A stretch of DNA of 59,133 nucleotides, the filler included, from Babesia bigemina (Eukaryota): assembly GCF_000981445.1 (NCBI RefSeq). It is 10 parts of 10 records of this genome, joined end to end, with 100 filler letters (N's around TTAATTAATTAA, not from the genome) between each part and the next. Parts side by side here need not be neighbours in the genome. Positions count along the whole stretch, not along the records: positions 1 to 2,032 come from NW_012237370.1; positions 2,133 to 8,536 come from NW_012237373.1; positions 8,637 to 12,763 come from NW_012237374.1; 7 more parts are not named here. One strand, 5' to 3'. Below the pieces are notes generated by a model. It did no database searches. It was not told where the DNA came from and worked only from the letters and a program-made list of their open reading frames with translations. The position numbers and the translations under genes were made by a program. Positions 1 through 9,336 of this stretch are shown in pieces; within the stretch, counting starts at the first letter, position 1; every line of letters begins with the position of its first letter.

Positions 1-1
1 A

Positions 2-2032
2 AATGAACAACTCAAAAGTCAAGTAGATAATTTGAACCAATGGATCACCGAAGCAGATGAAATCCGCAAGAATGCGCAGCAGAAAGCCGAGGAGGTTTAC
101 AAAAGTTTGACAGTTCATGAGCAGCTTAGTAAGAAAATCAAAGATATTCAGAATGCAAATAAGGAAATACAGAATGTTCATAGTGGTCTGAGTAGTGTGG
201 ACGACAAGTTGGAAGCGTGGAAGCAAGAGGCTGCGAATGTGATTCAAGGGGTGGTTGACAGGATGACGGAAGTGCATAAGAAGTTGGATCACGGAGATGA
301 ACATCAACCGATTGGTCGAGGAATCACTCAGATTAAAGATGCTAGAGCAAAGGTTGAAGAAGTCGATAACGGGTTAACATCTGTTAACGACGATTTGCAG
401 AAATGGAGGGAGGCGGCGAACATTGTGCTTAATATAGCGGTGAACAGAGCAAAGGATGTGCATAAAGCATTGGATCCTACGAAAGGAGATGCGAACCATC
501 CTATTGGTCAAAAACTTAATGAAATTGATACTGCTAATAATGAAATTAAAAGCGCAAATGAGAAGCTTAAAACACAAGTTGAGGCTTTGCACAAGTGGAT
601 TGAAACTGCAGAAAATATCCGCACCGCCGCTGAAGCAAGGGCCAAGGAAGCCTATGACAAGCTGGACGTTCATCAGGAGCTGAGCAAGAATGTTAAGAGG
701 ATTGTGGATGCTAAAGACAGGATTAACGAAGTGCATAGAGCAGTTGAAACGCAAGTTGAGGAGTTGGGACGGTGGAAAGATAAGGCTGAAGAGGTGATTG
801 GCGGGGCGGTTGAAAAGGCGCAGTACGTTCATGATAGGTTAGATATAGGTGGTAAAGGGACGCAGTTGAATAGACAAATAGAGGGAATTGAACAGGCAAA
901 TACGTCGATTCAAAATGCAAATAAAACGCTCGAAGAACATGTTGCCAATCTGGGTAAGTGGCAGACTGCAGCCAGGGATGTCATTGACAAGGCCGACGAT
1001 AAGTGTGATGAGATACTCAAGAGGGTTAAGACAGATCCCAGCAGCAAGAAGGATTCAATTTATAAGCAATCTGCATTGTTGAGAGATAGAGGCACAAAGC
1101 TTTTGCAAGCTGCTACTGACGCTAAGCATAAAGTTGAGTCCAAGGTGAAGGATGCTTTGGACGCTGTGGAGGCCATGGACTCCGATCTCAAGAAGGATTT
1201 GTTTGAAGTGAAGAAAAAAATTAAGGAGGGGATAAACAAAGTGATTAGTGAGTTGAAGGTTGGTGAGTTGGGTGAGGCAGTGCAGAAGGATTTGAAGCAG
1301 TTGAGGGATAGGATTGAGGGGCTTGGTAAAGGTCTGACAGACACCAACGAAGATAATCCGATGGTCGGCAGTCACATAAAAATTCTTAAAAGTCATAAGG
1401 ATACGCTGGGCGGTGCTGTTAACAACATTAAGACTGAAACGGAGAAGAAGCTAGTTGACAGCTTTAATGAGAATATCAGGGGTCCTCTTAACAAAGGGGT
1501 AGAAAAAGTCACAGAAGAAATTGGGAAACTTTACGAAAAATTTTACCCCCAAAACGGCAGCGTATCGGAGGCGGACAGAAAGCATCTTCAAAAGATTTTT
1601 GAGCATATTAAAAAGCAAGTTTCGGTGATTAAGGGGACTGGTGAGAAGAATCACGAAAGTGGCATTGATGGCATTGTCGCGAACGTAAGAGGTCTTTATG
1701 ACGCATTTGTTGAGGGCAACGGCAAAGGGGTTGAGGCAAGAGTAGATGGATGGCTTGGAAGTATTTTGGGGATCAATCAGAATCAACGAGGGACGCAGAC
1801 TGATGGGATGAAGGCTGTGACATCGTGGATTAACGTGTATCGACAGGCAACTAATGAGCGTGACAACGCTTTGAAAGCCGTCAAGGATCAAATAAAGGAA
1901 GCACTTGGAAATCAGATTAGAACCGGCCAGGCTAGAATATCATCCGGAGACGTAAAGGATAACATTGTGCAAAATCTTACGAAGGTCAAAGAGGCTTGCC
2001 AAGCATTTGTTGAGGCGCTTGATGCCTTGACT
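2..2032 (+). CDS. Internal fragment of a ves1b-type variant erythrocyte surface antigen (coiled-coil central region with Trp-anchored ~60-aa repeats); open at both contig ends
   Basis: Frame 2 is open from base 2 to the N-run. Motifs ALDAVEAMDSDLKKDL and GIDGIVANV...VDGWL align by eye with ALGEVKTMDDALRTNL and HLDKIVKGI...VKGWL of the ves at 9337 and with ALQAVKTMDEELKKDL of the ves at 25269. Confidence 0.8.
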
Positions 2033-2132
2033 NNNNNNNNNNNNNNNNNNNNNNNNNNNNNNNNNNNNNNNNNNNNTTAATTAATTAANNNNNNNNNNNN
2101 NNNNNNNNNNNNNNNNNNNNNNNNNNNNNNNN
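2033..2132. other. Artificial contig linker (N44 TTAATTAATTAA N44; stops in all six frames)
   Basis: Identical 100-nt block occurs nine times in the window. Confidence 0.99.
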
Positions 2133-2462
2133 AGGGGGCGATTTAGATGGGTTTAGGGAGCGATTTAAGGTGGTTAAGGGGCGATTTTAGAGTAGTTAAA
2201 GGGGCGATTTTGAAGTGGTTTAAGGGCCGATGTAGAGTGGGTTAGGGAGCGATTTTGAGTGGTAAAAGGGGCGATGTAGAGTGGATAAAGGGGCGATGTA
2301 GAGTGGGTTAAGGGGCGATGTAGAGTAAGTAAAGGAGCGATGTGGAGGGGGTTAAGGGAGCGATGTAGAGTGGGTTAGGGAGCGATGTAGAGTGGATAAA
2401 GGGGCGATGTGGAGTGGATTAGGGAGCGATGTAGAGTGGATAAGGGGCGATGTAGAGTGGAT
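2133..2462 (-). repeat. 21-bp satellite A (C-rich strand CCACTCTACATCGCYCCYTWA), degraded near contig end
   Basis: Tandem GCGATGTAGAGTGG-core units on the + strand. Confidence 0.95.
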
Positions 2463-2490
2463 AATAATCATTACTTAGGTCATCTGCTTG

Positions 2491-2638
2491 GTCACCATGT
2501 CATCGCTGCCGTGACCATGTCATCGCTGCCGTGACCATGTCATCGCTGCCGTGTCCATGTCATCCATGCCGTGACCATGACGTCGCTGCCGTAATTATGT
2601 CACCGCTGCCGTGACCATGTCATCGCTGCCGTGACCAT
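2491..2638 (-). repeat. 20-bp satellite B (GTCATCGCTGCCGTRACCAT on +), about 7 units
   Basis: Direct reading of tandem units. Confidence 0.95.
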
Positions 2639-2640
2639 CA

Positions 2641-2795
2641 ACTTGGTCAGGTGGTAGGTCGTGGCATTGGTCACCACGTTGGTCATGGCATTGGTCAGCA
2701 CCTTGGTCAGCACATTGGTCAACACGTTGGTCAACACTTTGGTCAGCATCTTGGTCAGCATCTTGGTCAGCATCTTGGTCAGCACTTTAGTTAAC
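2641..2795 (-). repeat. 12-bp repeat C (TTGGTCAGCACH-like on +)
   Basis: About 12 degenerate units with a TTGGTCA core. Confidence 0.9.
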
Positions 2796-2912
2796 TACTA
2801 CACAATCACATACAACGATTAGTGAGTGATGCAACAGATTAAAGTACAATTCATGAGTTAGGTGAGTAGGTGATATGCTAGGTGAGTGTAGGTAGTAAAC
2901 ACGTGAGTACGA

Positions 2913-5900
2913 TTATGGCTGCAGGTAAAACACTCTGTTAAGCTTGTTAACACGTGCAGCGGCGAGTAGTGATTGAGCAGCAATCCTATGACTCGAGGGA
3001 CTATGTAGATGCGATTTGATGTGGAGGAGGTCTAGGCGGATGACCATGATGTGGATGAGGTACAGGAAAGAGAGGAGCCAGAGGGTAAGGACAAGGTAGG
3101 AGAAGGGTTGTCTGATAGTCCAAATGAAGTTGTCACATTCCTCAAATAATTTGGTGAAATATTGCGATTTTAGTACGTTTTGTAATTGCGCGTACAGGTT
3201 ACGGCAGTATCTTCTTTGATCACCGGATAACAATTTTTTGACGTCGCCAAATGTGAAGCCGTAACTGTATAAAATGCTCATCACACCGCGGCATCCCACC
3301 AGCGATCGGCACTTGCAGCCGTAGCCATCGCCGTGCTTGCCCGGTTTACAAGAGCTGCCGTCGACGCATGTGCTGCATCCCCAATCTTGGCAAGAGATAC
3401 TGCTGAATGAATCAAACAATGATTTAAGATAGTCATACAGTGTCCATGGTAGATAAACGGCCCATGAGAGATACACGTTAGTATGTTTAGCTGCGATGTA
3501 GTAGTACGTGTCGCAGAATAGGGTCTGCAGGTACGGCCCGCAGTGGACGTTATCTTCGATTGCAAGCATACATGACTGACTCATCGCGAGGCTCGACATA
3601 TCAGCCGATTTTGGAATATGATTACTTGCATTATGACTACTCTGACTGTTGCCATAAGCGGCACTAAGCGCACCTGTGAGTTTGGTTGTCTCCTTATATA
3701 AGTCAATGGACAACTGTTTGGTTGTGATTTCAAAAGCCGTTTTGATAGCATCGGTACCAGAATCCGTATTACTATTCAGCACATTAACTAATGAGACGGC
3801 AAAATTGAAGTGCTCGGGTAGCGATGAGGGCGGTTTAGTCATTAAGCAAAATAGCGTTGTTATATATGAGTTTGCGAAGAAATTTTCTAGCATCTCACAT
3901 AATGCTCTACCCGTCTTCTCACTACCAGAAAACCCCCTGAAACCGAGAGGTGTCAAACACGGCATACCCTTCTTAGCTTTCGGGCACGTTGAACATACAG
4001 CTCTACACCCTATGGAACTGACATGATGAGGCAAGTGGCCAGGTAAGCAGTCGTTGAGGTAGCTCATTAAAGGGGAGTTTGGTTGGCAATTTGGTTGGGT
4101 ATTTGCCTGGCACGTTGGCAAACACCCTACTTGGCTCGTTGCTTTGTCTTTTGGGTGCTCGTTACATTGCCATTTAGCTGATGGGACGTTCTGGCCGTAT
4201 ACACAATCGGCCCACCCGTAGTGTTGAGCACCGATGCTACATTGCCTATACAAAAATCTCAGTGGCGGGTACAACCTGCTTAGGACATCCAGTAGCATCT
4301 GGAGGCAATCTTCGCCCTTGGATGGGTAGTGAAAGTTAAGCGAATTGGCGCAGTAGTCGACGGCGTACATGGTATGAGCATTTCCGTAACCGACGATTCT
4401 GGTCAGAACGTCATATGACTTTGAGCACAAACGCATCACCGCTTTCCGTGTATCATCATATAACATGTTGTTTGGATGCGCTGGGAGGAAGTCATCTCTC
4501 ATGTCTGTAACAGTTATCTCAAACCCGTCGAGATCTGCTGCGACCTGTTTATTTGGATCCTCAAATAATTCACTCACAGCATCACGCAGAACTTCTTCAT
4601 AAACGGAACTGCATGGAAGCCCTGACAGCCAACAAAGTATTTCGAACACGTTACATGGCCGCTTCTTGGCAGCAAACGTTGAGACGTGACAGACTTGATA
4701 GTAATCGTTAAGGTGCTCGTTCAGCATCTGAAGCGCAAGTTTGGTGTCTTTATCTGTGTGGTATATATGCTTGTAATCGTCGCTAATCAGAAGCTTTTTG
4801 ATTTTTGTGGCAGCAACGTTCTTATCTAACTCCCCCTTTTGCTTCTCTTTGACGGAGACATCATAGCCTTGATGGTAAAAGAACATTCCAACATCTGTGT
4901 TTTTGTTAATTTTCTGAAATCTCTGTTCCGTATAACAATACTTCTTCAGAACTTTAAAGGCAATGTGCAAGTTAGAGACAACAGTCAAACAGACCTTAGA
5001 CAGCTTTTCACCGTAAGGCGTTAATTTTTCGTTTTGACCAGAATTTTTACCAGCATCATTTTTAACAAGTGGATTTAACGTAAAATTGATTAATGTTCCA
5101 TCATCATACCCGTTCACATACACCCGCTCCATCTGCTCGACAAACCCCTGCAGCCCCGCTCTGACCGCATCGAGCAGCTCCGGGTGCCGGGGGTTGGCGA
5201 AGTGGGAGGGGTGGAGGAGGTGGAGGGAGGAGGAGAGGGATTCATGCTTTTTGGTGTATGTATGATCAAATATATATGTTCTAGAAGGTGTAGAGTCATT
5301 TTTGAGGTGGTCGAGTAATTCGTTGAATTTAGTGTTGACGGCGGTGAGGTGCTGGAGGTTGGTAGCATTGATGCCTTGAAGGGCCTGCGGTTCCGACGCA
5401 ATTTCGGATTTGATTTGGTAATCAGTATACTTATGAATATTAGTGAAATAGGCGTGGAATGCTGTGGAGAGTTCTTTGAATTTCCCAAGATGCTGTGCGC
5501 CCTTAGGTGACGGAGCAAGGGGCTGGGCAAGATTGGAAATTTCGTTAAACAATTCAGTGGGCAAATTATCATCAAAATATGAAGAATGGTCTGGTTTTAC
5601 AGTGTACTTATTACCTCCCATCACTCTCATCAACCCCTTGAACCCGATGCGCAGATCCCTCTCAATCTCCCCCGGCAACCCCTGCAACTCCTGGCTGACC
5701 TTGTCCGCGAACGCGGTGAGCATTAGTTTAGTATGACGAACGTAGCGTTTCCTGAGGTCTGTGATGATTATGTTTTTCGAGTCGGTGATTGCCGAGTTTA
5801 TATACGACTGCAGTCCGCTGACGCATTTGCTACGCAGTCCATCGATTGCGGAAATATATGACTCCACTTCCTGTAACCACGTATCTAATTTGCTTTCCAC

Positions 5901-7523
5901 TTCTTCGGCAACATCGAGTATCCTATTAATGCTTGTAGTTAGCGATCTCATGTTGGTGGGTAAGGTTTTAGTGATGCTTGTAAGCGTTGAGTCTGGTACA
6001 TTCGTATTGGTCGATTGAGTTTTAAGATTCGAAATGTCGTTTTTGATGCCTTGAACTAACTGCCCTATACGCTGTAAATCGCCTTTTGAATTTTCCATGA
6101 ATTTCTCAATATTGATTTTCATAGATCCGTACTTTTTAAGTACCGTATTACCTCTCTCGGCTGCCTTCGCATCAAGCGTCTTAATTACGCTTTCTAAAAC
6201 ATTATTTATGAATTCAGAACAAAGGCCAGCATATGCTTCACCATCACTTAAACTTGTAACGTATTCGTTCATCAATTTTGTGATTTGTATACGCAAGCTG
6301 TCTAGATCTGTCTCTATCGCTTTAGGAAATATTTCTACTGCATTATTTAGATCTTCGGCAAATCCTTCAAGCACTGGTTGGTTTTTCATACGGATACCGA
6401 TGGACATCAAATCATTCAGCGGCTGAACCACCTTTTTTATTTCCGCAAGCGCCGTATGAATCTTAGGATAACGATCTTCGAATATCAAAATATCGTCGCC
6501 GACGTAACTGCGGGATGCTACTAATTTCTCTTTATTGTTCTTAACCCAGTCGCTCAATGGTTGGTAAATGTCTTTTTTCATGGTACTTTGAAATGCGTTC
6601 ATTTTGTTTCTAATATCATTTAATAGAGCCTCCACTTTTGTCCTAGTCTCATCATCGACTTTTCTATGTATGTCATTGCACCTCTCAACAACTTTCTTAA
6701 TGCTGTATTCCAAATCGTGACTCTGATTCTGACACGAAAATTGCAGCACGTCTAATTCACGTTTCATGGCATTTATAGCATTATTAACATTATTACGAGT
6801 GTCGAAATTCAAATCAGCAATCTCAGTCTGCAAAGTCTTAGTAGTCTCGGTGAATCCGACAGTCGCCTTAATTGAATCCTTTAACTTTCGGTTCACGTCA
6901 TCAACCGCTTGCTTAGCGACATCGGCGTCCCCCGTCCTCAGGATCATAGTAGTACCTGCAACAGCATTATCATTTAATATAGCACTTACCTGAGTTTTAA
7001 GCTCTTTCATCTCCCCTTCAAGCTTTTTTATTGGTTGTTTAACTTTCTCATTCCCCTCCTGCACTTCCCTGTTATACCCCGCGATGCGAGCAGGCAACTC
7101 GGTGAAAAGCCTTTTAAAGCCCTCGTGACCTGAGCAAAGATGTTTGTTAATAAGCGTTAAAATGTTGTTAATTAATATATTTTTACCCACACTGTAAGGC
7201 TGTTTCTCGCTGACATCCCTAAGCACCTGATACAAAAATCCCATCACTGCATCACAAAGCCTATCCAAGTCAGAGTACACAATCCCCTGGCCAGTGTAGC
7301 CTTTGGAGTCTTTGTTGAAGCCAAGGAAGGTCTCGAGGCCGGTGCAGAGGTTATTAAGGATGTTAGTAGGGTTGTTATTTGAGGTATTTTTGAGGTTAAA
7401 AATTTTATCAAATTTCTTGTCAAGCTCCCTAGGCGGCCCATGGTCAGGGCAGTGGCAAGAGGTGGAAGAAGGGAGGTGAAGGGTGACAAGGCAGAAGTTA
7501 TTGTCATGGTGGATAGAGGTCAT
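2913..7523 (-). CDS. ves1: ves1b-type variant erythrocyte surface antigen, 1536 aa from the leader ATG; the only copy here that is open from leader to stop
   Basis: Contains LCxGLETFLG..GY.G.GIVYSDLDRLCD, coiled-coil centre, Cys-rich C-domain (SPLMSYLNDCLPGHLPH, GMPCLTPLGFRGF), TM helix (FSYLVLTLWLLSFLYLIHIMVI) and tail RLDLLHIKSHLHSPSSHRIAAQSLL...YLQP. Start moved from TTG 7589 (inside the satellite) to ATG 7523. Confidence 0.85.
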   Translation of the reverse strand: MTSIHHDNNFCLVTLHLPSSTSCHCPDHGPPRELDKKFDKIFNLKNTSNNNPTNILNNLCTGLETFLGFNKDSKGYTGQGIVYSDLDRLCDAVMGFLYQVLRDVSEKQPYSVGKNILINNILTLINKHLCSGHEGFKRLFTELPARIAGYNREVQEGNEKVKQPIKKLEGEMKELKTQVSAILNDNAVAGTTMILRTGDADVAKQAVDDVNRKLKDSIKATVGFTETTKTLQTEIADLNFDTRNNVNNAINAMKRELDVLQFSCQNQSHDLEYSIKKVVERCNDIHRKVDDETRTKVEALLNDIRNKMNAFQSTMKKDIYQPLSDWVKNNKEKLVASRSYVGDDILIFEDRYPKIHTALAEIKKVVQPLNDLMSIGIRMKNQPVLEGFAEDLNNAVEIFPKAIETDLDSLRIQITKLMNEYVTSLSDGEAYAGLCSEFINNVLESVIKTLDAKAAERGNTVLKKYGSMKINIEKFMENSKGDLQRIGQLVQGIKNDISNLKTQSTNTNVPDSTLTSITKTLPTNMRSLTTSINRILDVAEEVESKLDTWLQEVESYISAIDGLRSKCVSGLQSYINSAITDSKNIIITDLRKRYVRHTKLMLTAFADKVSQELQGLPGEIERDLRIGFKGLMRVMGGNKYTVKPDHSSYFDDNLPTELFNEISNLAQPLAPSPKGAQHLGKFKELSTAFHAYFTNIHKYTDYQIKSEIASEPQALQGINATNLQHLTAVNTKFNELLDHLKNDSTPSRTYIFDHTYTKKHESLSSSLHLLHPSHFANPRHPELLDAVRAGLQGFVEQMERVYVNGYDDGTLINFTLNPLVKNDAGKNSGQNEKLTPYGEKLSKVCLTVVSNLHIAFKVLKKYCYTEQRFQKINKNTDVGMFFYHQGYDVSVKEKQKGELDKNVAATKIKKLLISDDYKHIYHTDKDTKLALQMLNEHLNDYYQVCHVSTFAAKKRPCNVFEILCWLSGLPCSSVYEEVLRDAVSELFEDPNKQVAADLDGFEITVTDMRDDFLPAHPNNMLYDDTRKAVMRLCSKSYDVLTRIVGYGNAHTMYAVDYCANSLNFHYPSKGEDCLQMLLDVLSRLYPPLRFLYRQCSIGAQHYGWADCVYGQNVPSAKWQCNEHPKDKATSQVGCLPTCQANTQPNCQPNSPLMSYLNDCLPGHLPHHVSSIGCRAVCSTCPKAKKGMPCLTPLGFRGFSGSEKTGRALCEMLENFFANSYITTLFCLMTKPPSSLPEHFNFAVSLVNVLNSNTDSGTDAIKTAFEITTKQLSIDLYKETTKLTGALSAAYGNSQSSHNASNHIPKSADMSSLAMSQSCMLAIEDNVHCGPYLQTLFCDTYYYIAAKHTNVYLSWAVYLPWTLYDYLKSLFDSFSSISCQDWGCSTCVDGSSCKPGKHGDGYGCKCRSLVGCRGVMSILYSYGFTFGDVKKLLSGDQRRYCRNLYAQLQNVLKSQYFTKLFEECDNFIWTIRQPFSYLVLTLWLLSFLYLIHIMVIRLDLLHIKSHLHSPSSHRIAAQSLLAAARVNKLNRVFYLQP

Positions 7524-7550
7524 AGCGGTATTATGGCGAGGTGATTCAAG

Positions 7551-8536
7551 GGATGTAGAGTGGATAAAGGGGCGATGTAGAGTGGACAAAGGGGCGATGT
7601 AGAGTGGACAAAGGGGCGATGTGGAGTGGATTAAGGGGCGATGTAGAGTGGATAAGGGAGCGATGTAGAGTGGGTAAGGGGCGATGTAGAGTGGGTAAAG
7701 GGGCGATGTAGAGTGGGTAAAGGGGCGATGTAGAGTGGGTTAAGGGGCGATGTAGAGTGGGTTAAGGGGCGATGTGGAGTGGGTTAAGGGGCGATGTAGA
7801 GTGGGTTAAGGGGCGATGTGGAGTGTATAAAGGGGCGATGTGGAGTGGGTTAGGGAGCGATGTAGAGTGGGTTAGGGAGCGATGTAGAGTGGGTTAGGGA
7901 GCGATGTAGAGTGGGTTAGGGAGCGATGTAGAGTGGATAGAGGAGCGATGTAGAGTGGGTAAAGGGGCGATGTAGAGTGGGTTAAGGGGCGATGTAGAGT
8001 GGGTTAGGGAGCGATGTGGAGTGGATAAGGGAGCGATGTAGAGTGGGTTAAGGGGCGATGTAGAGTGGATAAAGGGGCTATGTAGAGTGGACAAAGGGGC
8101 GATGTAGAGTGGATTAAGGGGCGATGTAGAGTGGGTTAAGGGGCGATGTGGAGTGGATAAAGGGGCGATGTGGAGTGGATAAAGGAGCGATGTAGAGTGC
8201 ATAAAGGGGCGATGTAGAGTGGGTAAAGGGGCGATGTGGAGTGGATAAGGGGCGATGTGGAGTGGGTTAAGGAGCGATGTAGAGTGGAGAAAGGGGCGAT
8301 GTAGAGTGCGTTAGGGAGCGATGTAGAGTGGATAAAGGGGCGATGTAGAGTGGGTTAAGGGGCGATGTAGAGTGGGTTAAGGAGCGATGTGGAGTGGGTT
8401 AGGGAGCGATGTAGAGTGGATAGAGGAGCGATGTAGAGTGGATAAGGGAGCGATGTAGAGTGGGTAAGGGGCGATGTAGAGTGGGTAAAGGGACGAGTGT
8501 AGAGTGGGTAAAGGGGCGATGTAGAGTGGTTAAGGG
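7551..8536 (-). repeat. 21-bp satellite A directly upstream of the ves leader, at least 46 units, runs off contig
   Basis: Tandem units. Confidence 0.97.
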
Positions 8537-8636
8537 NNNNNNNNNNNNNNNNNNNNNNNNNNNNNNNNNNNNNNNNNNNNTTAATTAATTAANNNNNNNN
8601 NNNNNNNNNNNNNNNNNNNNNNNNNNNNNNNNNNNN
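8537..8636. other. Artificial contig linker
   Basis: N44 TTAATTAATTAA N44. Confidence 0.99.
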
Positions 8637-9310
8637 CTTATCACCCTACATCGCTCCTTTATCCACCTTACATCGCCCCTTTATCCACTCTACATCGCTC
8701 CTAATCCACTCCACATCGCCCCTTTATCCACTCTACATCGCCCCTTTATCCACTCTACATCGCCCCTTTATCCACTCTACATCGCCCCTTTATCCACCTT
8801 ACATCGCCCCTTTATCCACTCTACATCGCCCCTTTACCCACTCTACATCGCTCCCTAACCCACTCTACATCGCTCTCTAACCCACTCTACATCGCTCCCT
8901 AACCCACTCTTCATCGCCCCTTCACCCACTCTACATCGCCCCTTAACCCACTCTACATCGCTCCCTAATCCACTCTACATCGCCCCTTATCCACTCCACA
9001 TCGCCCCTTAACCCACTCTACATCGCCCCTTAACCCACTCCACATCGCCCCTTTATCCACTCTTCATCGCTCCCTAACCCACTCCACATCGCCCCTTTAT
9101 CCACTCTACATCGCCCCTTAACCCACTCTACATCGCCCCCTTATCCACTCTACATCGCCCCTTATCCACTCTACATCGCTCCCTAACCCACTCTACATCG
9201 CTCCCTAATCCACTCTACATCGCCCCTTAATCCACTCTACATCGCCCCTTATCCACTCTACATCGCTCCCTAATCCACTCTACATCGCTCCCTAACCCAC
9301 TCTACATCCC
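8637..9310 (+). repeat. 21-bp satellite A upstream of the ves leader
   Basis: Tandem CCACTCTACATCGC units. Confidence 0.97.
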
Positions 9311-9336
9311 TCGAATTACCTCGCCATAATACCGCT

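Noticed and set aside
2077..2088. TTAATTAATTAA as a regulatory or piggyBac site
   Set aside because: Centre of the synthetic linker, flanked by N-runs each time.
7894..8202. ORFs translated from satellites (also 2600, 18829-19145, 27353, 27770, 29440-29700)
   Set aside because: Low-complexity readthrough of tandem repeats; frames break with unit indels.
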